Shown here one piece after another: positions 10,219 to 17,004 of a stretch of DNA of 21,854 nt (position 1 is its first letter; the number at the start of each line of letters is the position of its first letter). Source of the DNA: an uncultured Halobacteria archaeon (GTDB lineage Archaea > Halobacteriota > Syntropharchaeia > Alkanophagales > Methanospirareceae); assembly GCA_964443855.1 (NCBI GenBank), contig CAYUEX010000015.1, positions 1 through 21,854 on the forward strand, written 5' to 3'. The translations under genes were made by a program, and so were the position numbers. The notes under the pieces were generated by a model that was not told the origin of the DNA, made no database searches, and saw nothing but the letters and a program-made list of their open reading frames with translations.

Positions 10219-12342
10219 ATGGTTGACAAAACGTTGGATTCAAAAGGCACAGGAGTAAGGGCAATAGGCAAAACGCTGGCGGTGATTGTTTGTCTACTTC
10301 TTTTGTTCGGTATTGTGACCATGCCAGCCGCTGCGAAACTGGACGGCTGGCAATATCAGCGAAAGATTGGCATTACTGAGAATTCCGGGACAACCTTGGT
10401 GGATTATGAAGTGATGCTCGATTTATCAGGCAGTGACTTCCCCGTACATGCACAATCGGATGGTTCTGACCTGAAATTCGTGCTTGATGGCAAAGAGCTG
10501 AGTTACTGGCTTGAAGCGTTTAATCCAAAGACAAAGACGTGCAAGATTTGGATAAAAGTGCCGAAGCTACCGGCAAAGGATTCTGTTACCGTGATGATGT
10601 ATTCCGGGAATCCCGGTGCTTCTTCGCGAAGTAGTGGGGCTGCGACCTTTGAGTTCTTTGACGATTTTGAGGGCAAAGACCTTAATCCAAACATTTGGGC
10701 GCACGATGCGTCTGCAGGCGGATCGTATTTCGTTAGTGACAGTCATCTAGCACTCTATTGCGGTGGGAGTGACTGCAATTCCATTGTAAAGACAAAAACG
10801 GCAAAAGTTTTTGAGAAGGATAACGTGGCTATCGAGATGTACGGCTACGAAACGGATTATGGTTACGATAGCGATCACTGTACCAGATTCTCGTGTTCCG
10901 CACGAACGGCTAATTATGCACAAATGCCTTCAGGGTCGCCCTGCTATAGCTACATAACTACCTCGTTCCAACAAGACAAAGCTCCGTTACCGTTCAATGT
11001 GCGTCAAAAGCGGGGAATAATGCATCTCGGTACAGAGGGAACCCAGTTTTATACCGAGTTAGAAAACGGCATCAAGTATACCGATCGGACTCAATATTAC
11101 AATTCCGGAACTGAATGGGGCATTGAGTTTTATTGTTACCATGCTAAATTCTGGATAGACTGGGTACGAATCCGCAAATATACCGCTTCCGAACCCACCG
11201 TTGTCCAATCTCCTGATGTGTCCCTCATACCAACGACACCTGCGCCTTCTAATTCTACCCCACCACAGTATTTCATAGGCGGTGCCGCTGTTATTGTACT
11301 CCTACTCATCGCGGGTATCAGCATATCACGGAAGGGTAAGAGTAACGACTACTCAAAACCACAACCACCTCGTGAGCCAAGGCCAACAATGGAGCCCGTC
11401 ACACCAGAACCATCACGTGAATCTGCACCCATTGAACCAGTACCTCAAAGTGCTGTTTCAGTAGAAGAACGAACGGTTGCTACATCAAGTGCCGTGAACT
11501 ACCAGCGCACACTGATTCTGTACAAAGTCAAGGTAGAAAATAAGCTTTCAAAACCGATCAGCGATATCAAGGTAAAAGCATTTGTCCCCGACGTGTTCTT
11601 GACAAAAGAGGACGAGAAGACGATTGGGATGCTTGAGCCGGACAATGCACGTACCGTCACGTTTGAGATCAGACCAACAGGCGAATGTGGCGAGTGCAAC
11701 CTCTCCGGTAGAGTCACGTACTACAATCATCTCATTGACAAACGCGAGGAGATCGAAATTCCCGTGAAAGCCGTGAGCATAATCTGCCCGTTGTTAAAAG
11801 CGCGAGAGATAAGCGAAGACGCGTGGAGAACGTTAAACAGCAGTTTAATCGAGGCGAGTGAGAACACAAAGGAAGAGATTCCGATCGCAGCTAAGAGTTT
11901 GTTTAACATGGTCACGGACATCGTGAAGGACTTGAATCTTTACCTGGTGAGTGAGAGTGTTACGGAAGATGACAGTTTCTTCAGAGGCGTTGCACGGTTC
12001 TACGGCGAGGGTGTTAAAGAGTTGAAGTATGCGGCACAGATCGAGGCGATTGGGGGACCGAAGAAGTCGCAACTGATCCTGAATTCGTGGGCCGAGCGTG
12101 AGGATGCACTCACGGGATTTTACTACAAGATACTTGATGAGATTGAGAAGCGAATACGTATTAAGGACCACATAAATGACAGCATTGTTCAACAGTTCTA
12201 TCACATAGGAACGGTCGTCAAGGATAGTGTGGTGCAGCGTTCGACGATTGGTGTCGGTACCGATACGAAGTGCCCAAAATGTATGCATGAGATATCGGAA
12301 GAAGAGAAATTCTGTCCAAATTGCGGAGAGCAATTGAAATAG
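10219..12342 (+). CDS. Receptor-like membrane protein: signal peptide, DUF2341 + concanavalin/LamG-like ectodomain, TM, Pro-rich linker, conserved cytoplasmic module, C-terminal zinc ribbon; 707 aa (family member 2)
   Basis: Ectodomain LDGWQYQRKIGITENSG...CKIWIKVPKLPAKDSVTVMMYSGNP is DUF2341-like, followed by FEFFDDFEGKDLNPNIWAHD (concanavalin-like). TM YFIGGAAVIVLLLIAGISI, then RKGKSNDYSKPQPPREPRP. Conserved module with ICPLLKAREI and KDSVVQRSTIG. Ends KCPKCMHEISEEEKFCPNCGEQLK. Confidence 0.8.
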   Translation: MVDKTLDSKGTGVRAIGKTLAVIVCLLLLFGIVTMPAAAKLDGWQYQRKIGITENSGTTLVDYEVMLDLSGSDFPVHAQSDGSDLKFVLDGKELSYWLEAFNPKTKTCKIWIKVPKLPAKDSVTVMMYSGNPGASSRSSGAATFEFFDDFEGKDLNPNIWAHDASAGGSYFVSDSHLALYCGGSDCNSIVKTKTAKVFEKDNVAIEMYGYETDYGYDSDHCTRFSCSARTANYAQMPSGSPCYSYITTSFQQDKAPLPFNVRQKRGIMHLGTEGTQFYTELENGIKYTDRTQYYNSGTEWGIEFYCYHAKFWIDWVRIRKYTASEPTVVQSPDVSLIPTTPAPSNSTPPQYFIGGAAVIVLLLIAGISISRKGKSNDYSKPQPPREPRPTMEPVTPEPSRESAPIEPVPQSAVSVEERTVATSSAVNYQRTLILYKVKVENKLSKPISDIKVKAFVPDVFLTKEDEKTIGMLEPDNARTVTFEIRPTGECGECNLSGRVTYYNHLIDKREEIEIPVKAVSIICPLLKAREISEDAWRTLNSSLIEASENTKEEIPIAAKSLFNMVTDIVKDLNLYLVSESVTEDDSFFRGVARFYGEGVKELKYAAQIEAIGGPKKSQLILNSWAEREDALTGFYYKILDEIEKRIRIKDHINDSIVQQFYHIGTVVKDSVVQRSTIGVGTDTKCPKCMHEISEEEKFCPNCGEQLK

Positions 12343-12348
12343 CTATTA

Positions 12349-12384
12349 CATTACAGTTATTCCGTAACAAGCATTATTATAGAG
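12349..12384 (+). repeat. Conserved 36-nt 3' element, copy A (CATTACAGTTATTCCGTAACAAGCATTATTATAGAG), 7 nt after the 10219-gene stop
   Basis: Aligns with copies at 15441-15476 and 16896-16931. Shared core CATTAC-N8/9-CGTAACAA(G/C)C-ATAA-ACAGA. Confidence 0.45.
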
Positions 12385-12521
12385 CCCGCTCTTGTTAATT
12401 CTAGTGGCTGCGATGGAAAGTGCCAAATACTATGATATACGAAAGATCGATAGTTAATGGTGACGCAGTACATGAGACGTGAAGCAATAAATTTAAAGGA
12501 GAGGTGCTGAAAGTGCTGAAA

Positions 12522-13712
12522 ATGCGTAAAATAATGTTTGTGGCTGTGCTTGTTTTAGCCTGTTTACTAATGCTACCTGCCTCTGCCGTAGGGTACATCA
12601 TCGGCGCTGCTGTACTAGCACTTATCCTAGTCGCTGGTATTGGCATAACACGGAAGGGAAAGAGTGGTGCTCAAACAAAACCACAACCACCTGCTCCGCC
12701 ACAATCCAAGCCAGATCAAAAATCAATCTCTCCTTCGCCACCTGCATCTGCCGCCAAACCTACCCAACTACCACCAGCAATCGAAATAAAACGAGGCTAC
12801 GAAGTATTGCCAAACAATGACCTCAGATTTGGCATCCGCATCAAAAATGACACTGAATTCTTGATTGCTGATGTGGAAACCAAACTCGACCTTCCAAAAA
12901 CACTATTTACGCTAAAAGGGGATTCAGTGCAATCACTTGCCAATATTCACCCGAACGGCGAACGAACTGCAACGTACGTACTGACACCACGTGGCTGTAT
13001 CCACAACGAAGATATAGAAGCGACTGCCTTCTACCGAGATCACACCGGCAAAAAACAAACCATACAGATGCGCCCCAAAGAAGTGCATTGCGTTTGCCCA
13101 TTCCTCAAGGGAAAAGCGATGCGTGAAGGTGAATTCGCTGAACTCGCAGATAGAGGTGAATATATTCAGGAAGGGCTCTCCTTTAGCGGCATCAGCGTCA
13201 ATAAGATTGCTGAGTTCATCAAAGAGTCCTGTGCACACCGGCTTTATGTTATTAGCGAGCATGACATTGGTACCGCGAGAATCGTTAATCTTGCGGGCGA
13301 ATCACTAGGAGAGAAAGCATATTATCTCCTCACTGCGGTCATTCAGCCACATAACAACGTTACTCATGTTGCACTTCGTGCCTATTCGGACAAGCCTTAC
13401 GGGCTGCACGGTTTTTTGAACGAGATTGCTAACAGCATACGGCATCTCGTGAGTTCTGTCCAATCGGCGAAAGAAATCGGCATCATCGAGAGTAAGCAGG
13501 TAATCACTATCATTGACTCGGTTGTGCAGAGAACGAGTTTCGGCGGGACTGGTGAAGGACCAGGTGCACCAGGTATCACTATTGAAGGTAGTGTGGTGCA
13601 ACGTTCTGCGATTGGTGACAGTGCAGATAATGGCAAAAAATGTTCTCATTGTGGAAAAGGTATGTCTGAAGATGAACGGTTTTGCCCAAATTGCGGAACG
13701 CAAATGAAATAA
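12522..13712 (+). CDS. Membrane zinc-ribbon protein, family member 3 (signal peptide + TM with essentially no ectodomain, conserved cytoplasmic module, zinc ribbon); about 396 aa
   Basis: I chose ATG 12522 (MRKIMFVAVLVLACLLMLPASA is an ideal signal peptide). In-frame GTG codons at 12504/12513 are alternative starts (the ORF track used 12504), and AAGGAGAGG at 12495-12503 fits GTG 12513 best. TM YIIGAAVLALILVAGIGI, then TRKGKSGAQTKPQPPAPPQ. Beta-sandwich region, CPFLKGKAM, duplicated DSVVQRTSFG / GSVVQRSAIG. Ends KKCSHCGKGMSEDERFCPNCGTQMK. Confidence 0.65.
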   Translation: MRKIMFVAVLVLACLLMLPASAVGYIIGAAVLALILVAGIGITRKGKSGAQTKPQPPAPPQSKPDQKSISPSPPASAAKPTQLPPAIEIKRGYEVLPNNDLRFGIRIKNDTEFLIADVETKLDLPKTLFTLKGDSVQSLANIHPNGERTATYVLTPRGCIHNEDIEATAFYRDHTGKKQTIQMRPKEVHCVCPFLKGKAMREGEFAELADRGEYIQEGLSFSGISVNKIAEFIKESCAHRLYVISEHDIGTARIVNLAGESLGEKAYYLLTAVIQPHNNVTHVALRAYSDKPYGLHGFLNEIANSIRHLVSSVQSAKEIGIIESKQVITIIDSVVQRTSFGGTGEGPGAPGITIEGSVVQRSAIGDSADNGKKCSHCGKGMSEDERFCPNCGTQMK

Positions 13713-13746
13713 AAGATAAGAAATGAAGTAGTACTGGCATAAAAAA

Positions 13747-15435
13747 ATGAAACTAAAAAAATTCGGGACGGCCATCCTGATAGGGTTGCTTCTTTTTGGC
13801 GCACTGGGATTTGGGGTAGGGCAGGTCACGGCAACCGAAGCCGTAGATTATGATGCGTTAATTTGGTATTTGCCTGATGCTCCCGACGGGTGGGTAGAAG
13901 AGGAACCTGATGGGATGACGTTTAACATCGACGACGGTACGTGGAGCGTGGCAACGTTAGGTTATTCAAACTATGATGATGATCTCGTGTTCGTGACCGT
14001 TGGGATTATGGACTCGGCATACTATACGGTCGGCTGGTGGGAAATGTGGGATGAACTGTACGCGTATGATGATGTGGGTGGCTATGCAGAACCTGTAACC
14101 GTCAACGGCTATCCAGCATGGGAGGTGTATTCAGCGGACTGGAATGAGTATAGCCTTTTTATTAGCATCGATGGAAGGTTCATGGTTAATATTCACACCG
14201 ACAGCGATTGGTACACACTCGACGAATTTGCCAACGCGATCGATTATGAGGGTATCGCGGAATTAGGTGAAGAAGTCCCGACGTACATATCCCCCGACCT
14301 CACTGAAGAGCCATTTGAACCTTACTACCCCCTAGAACCAACACCGACGCCCCCCGATCCTGGACCGTTCCTTTCCTTTATCCCCGTTATTGCACTCATC
14401 ATTATTTTTATCGTTGCCCGATCGTGGAGGAAGGGAGGTAGATCTGCAAAACCACAACCACCTACACAACCGCAGCCACCTACTGAACCGCCAAAACCAA
14501 TGCCCGAACCGCTGCCCAAACCGGAACCTGTCATTGAACCTGTATCCACCCCACAAGAACCTAATATAACCATTACCTCTGCGTTTGGCTACAAAGGTGC
14601 AACGATCATTCATAAAATTAAAGTTGAGAACCATGCATCGGAGACGGTGGGCGATATTAAAATCCGCCTATTCGTGCCTGAGGTGTTCCTGCTCAAGGAT
14701 CAGGAGAAACAGATTGGACTGCTCAAATCAGGGGAATCTAAGACCGTTACGTTTGATATCAGACCAACGGGCGAATGCGGCGATTGTGAAGTTTCTGGCA
14801 GAGCGACCTATTATGACTATGCAAGTAGGAAGACAAGGGAAGTAGATATACCTGCCAAATCGCTCAGTATCGTCTGCCCTATGCTAAAAGCTCAGAAGAT
14901 TGACAAACAGGCATGGAAAGATACCGTGATGCGCCTCATCCAGGCAGAGGAGAGCACAAAGGAGATTGAAATCCCGGCCGAGACGCTGTTTACCATGGCG
15001 TCGCGAGTGATCGAAGATCTGAACATGTTTCTGTTAGAACCTGAAGTTACGTCCACAGCGCAGTTGTTTAATGGCGTCGCGCGATTTTTTGCGAAAGGTG
15101 TGAGAGAACTCACGTATGCGGCCCAGATCGAGGTCGTGGGTGGCACAAAGAAATCAAAACTCATACTGCGCGTATGGGCGGAGAAGGAAGAGGCTTTAAC
15201 CGGGTTTTATCATGGGATCCTCGACGAGATCGAGAAACGCGTGCAGGTCAAGGGGTACATTGATGACAGTCTTGTGCAGCAATATTATCAGGTCGGAACG
15301 CTGGTCAAGGACAGTGTCGTGCAGCGGTCTAAAATTGGTGCCGAAGGCGAAGCGGGTAAAAAGTGTCCTCGGTGCGGTAACGCGGTATCTAAAGATGAAC
15401 GATTCTGTCCGAAATGCGGTGAGAAGTTACAATGA
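13747..15435 (+). CDS. Receptor-like membrane protein, family member 4: signal peptide, acidic Trp/Tyr-rich ectodomain, TM, Pro-rich linker, conserved cytoplasmic module, zinc ribbon; 562 aa
   Basis: Signal MKLKKFGTAILIGLLLFGALGFGVGQVTATEA. Ectodomain rich in D/E/W/Y. TM FLSFIPVIALIIIFIVA, then RSWRKGGRSAKPQPPTQPQPP. Conserved module from ITITSAFGYKG with CPMLKAQKIDK and KDSVVQRSKIG. Ends KKCPRCGNAVSKDERFCPKCGEKLQ. Only 34 bp downstream of member 3, so probably co-transcribed. Confidence 0.8.
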   Translation: MKLKKFGTAILIGLLLFGALGFGVGQVTATEAVDYDALIWYLPDAPDGWVEEEPDGMTFNIDDGTWSVATLGYSNYDDDLVFVTVGIMDSAYYTVGWWEMWDELYAYDDVGGYAEPVTVNGYPAWEVYSADWNEYSLFISIDGRFMVNIHTDSDWYTLDEFANAIDYEGIAELGEEVPTYISPDLTEEPFEPYYPLEPTPTPPDPGPFLSFIPVIALIIIFIVARSWRKGGRSAKPQPPTQPQPPTEPPKPMPEPLPKPEPVIEPVSTPQEPNITITSAFGYKGATIIHKIKVENHASETVGDIKIRLFVPEVFLLKDQEKQIGLLKSGESKTVTFDIRPTGECGDCEVSGRATYYDYASRKTREVDIPAKSLSIVCPMLKAQKIDKQAWKDTVMRLIQAEESTKEIEIPAETLFTMASRVIEDLNMFLLEPEVTSTAQLFNGVARFFAKGVRELTYAAQIEVVGGTKKSKLILRVWAEKEEALTGFYHGILDEIEKRVQVKGYIDDSLVQQYYQVGTLVKDSVVQRSKIGAEGEAGKKCPRCGNAVSKDERFCPKCGEKLQ

Positions 15436-15440
15436 CTCTT

Positions 15441-15476
15441 CATTACACGTTTAGCGTAACAAGCATAATAACAGAC
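15441..15476 (+). repeat. Conserved 36-nt 3' element, copy B (CATTACACGTTTAGCGTAACAAGCATAATAACAGAC), 5 nt after the 13747-gene stop
   Basis: Aligned with copies A and C; see copy A. Confidence 0.45.
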
Positions 15477-15552
15477 AATTTTGTCATTACTAACGGAACG
15501 GGGTGTGAGAGAGGAGGAACCCAAAACGGAATAGGGAAGAGGAGTGGTAACA

Positions 15553-16890
15553 ATGCCGAAGTCGCAGCGTATTAGGACGTTTGTTTCTGAACAAATTAGG
15601 GTACTGAGATTCATATTTACTGAGGGTAAAGTCCCCAAATGGCTACGAGTTTACGCAGTTTTTTGGAGCTTTTGGGCATTTTTGTGTATTCCGGCTTGTT
15701 TAGAGTTAATGGTAGAGAATTTTATAGAGGGTATTTTGGTCTTCCATATTCTTGTTGGGATGCCGTACATTCCCATTTACTACTGGGCGAATAGGCACTC
15801 GGTTCTGGAGAAACTCTCTGAACAGGAAGCAGAAACGACCATCACACGGTTAGATCAACTCAATGATCGGGGCAGTGAACTCAAAAAAGCACGAACGTCT
15901 GCTGAACCTCAAGGCTCTGCACACCCACAACCTCATGTGGAACTTCCAAAGCCTACGATAAAACCGCCTACCGCGCCCGAACCGAGCCGTGAACCTGCAC
16001 CGGTTGTCCAAGAATCGGGTATTCAGATTACGTCTGCTTTTGGCTACAAAGGGGCAAGTATTATCCATAAAGTGAGCGTGGCAAATCCGACGGAAGAGAC
16101 CGTGGGCGATATTAACCTCCACCTGTTCGTGCCAGAGGTGTTCCTGCTCAAGGACACGGAGAAACACATTGGATTGCTGAAGCCCGGTGAATCGAAGACG
16201 GTTACCTTTGATATCAGACCGACGGGCGAATGCGGCGATTGTGAGGTTTCTGGCAGAGCGACTTATTATGACTATGCGAGCAAGAAGACGAAAGAGGTAG
16301 ATATTCCCACCAAATCGCTCAGCATCGTCTGCCCTATGCTTAAAGCTCAGAAGATCGACAAGTCCGTGTGGAAGGATTCGGTTACTCAACTCATCCAGGC
16401 GGAGGAGAGCACAACGGAGATTGAGATCCCGGCTGAGACCCTGTTTACCATGATCTCTCGCGTGATCGAAGATATGAATATGTTTATGCTTGAACCTGAG
16501 GTTACGTCCACGCCGCAGTTGTTTAATGGCGTCGCGCGATTCTCTGCGACAGGCGTCAAAGCGCTTACCTATGCTGCTCAGATAGAGGTCGTCGGCGGTG
16601 CGAAGAAATCGAAACTCATACTCAAGGCATGGGCCGAGAAAGAAGAGGCGCTCACCGGATTTTATCATGGAATCCTTGACGAACTCGATAAACGGGTTCA
16701 TGTTAAGGGCTATATTGACGATAGCATAGTGCACCAGTTTTACCAGGTCGGGACGCTGGTCAAGGACAGTGTGTTACAGCGTTCAACTATTGGTGCTGAA
16801 GATAAAGCGGGTAAAAAATGCCCTCGTTGTGGACGAGCAGTTTCAGAGGATGAACGGTATTGTCCGGAATGTGGTGAGCGACTACAATAA
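15553..16890 (+). CDS. Membrane zinc-ribbon protein, family member 5: no signal peptide or ectodomain, N-terminal 2-TM hairpin, Pro-rich linker, conserved cytoplasmic module, zinc ribbon; about 445 aa
   Basis: I prefer ATG 15553 (GAGGAG 10 nt upstream); the ORF track starts at in-frame GTG 15544. The 3' half (16030-16887) is about 80-85% identical at nucleotide level to 14575-15432 of member 4 (for example the shared run agaccgacgggcgaatgcggcgattgtga). Ends KKCPRCGRAVSEDERYCPECGERLQ. Confidence 0.75.
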   Translation: MPKSQRIRTFVSEQIRVLRFIFTEGKVPKWLRVYAVFWSFWAFLCIPACLELMVENFIEGILVFHILVGMPYIPIYYWANRHSVLEKLSEQEAETTITRLDQLNDRGSELKKARTSAEPQGSAHPQPHVELPKPTIKPPTAPEPSREPAPVVQESGIQITSAFGYKGASIIHKVSVANPTEETVGDINLHLFVPEVFLLKDTEKHIGLLKPGESKTVTFDIRPTGECGDCEVSGRATYYDYASKKTKEVDIPTKSLSIVCPMLKAQKIDKSVWKDSVTQLIQAEESTTEIEIPAETLFTMISRVIEDMNMFMLEPEVTSTPQLFNGVARFSATGVKALTYAAQIEVVGGAKKSKLILKAWAEKEEALTGFYHGILDELDKRVHVKGYIDDSIVHQFYQVGTLVKDSVLQRSTIGAEDKAGKKCPRCGRAVSEDERYCPECGERLQ

Positions 16891-16895
16891 CAATT

Positions 16896-16931
16896 CATTA
16901 CAGTTTTACCGTAACAACCGTTATAAACAGA
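16896..16931 (+). repeat. Conserved 36-nt 3' element, copy C (CATTACAGTTTTACCGTAACAACCGTTATAAACAGA), 5 nt after the 15544-gene stop
   Basis: Aligned with copies A and B. Contains the near-palindrome TTACCGTAA. Confidence 0.45.
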
Positions 16932-17004
16932 CGGACTTTAGATAAACACAGAAATGGCATCTGTACATGCTTTTAAAGAAGGTAAAAAAGAGAGGTAAAA
17001 AAAA

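Noticed and set aside
11340-14540. Pro-rich juxtamembrane linkers considered as possible nucleotide tandem repeats (Borg-like TRs)
   Set aside because: Apart from the shared 15-mer they are compositionally biased, not perfect tandem repeats at DNA level. No unit periodicity is visible.
15850-16734. 294-aa ORF on the minus strand
   Set aside because: Entirely antisense to array member 5, whose plus-strand frame is supported by four paralogs and a zinc-ribbon motif. The antisense product is Arg/Leu-rich low-complexity with no start context.
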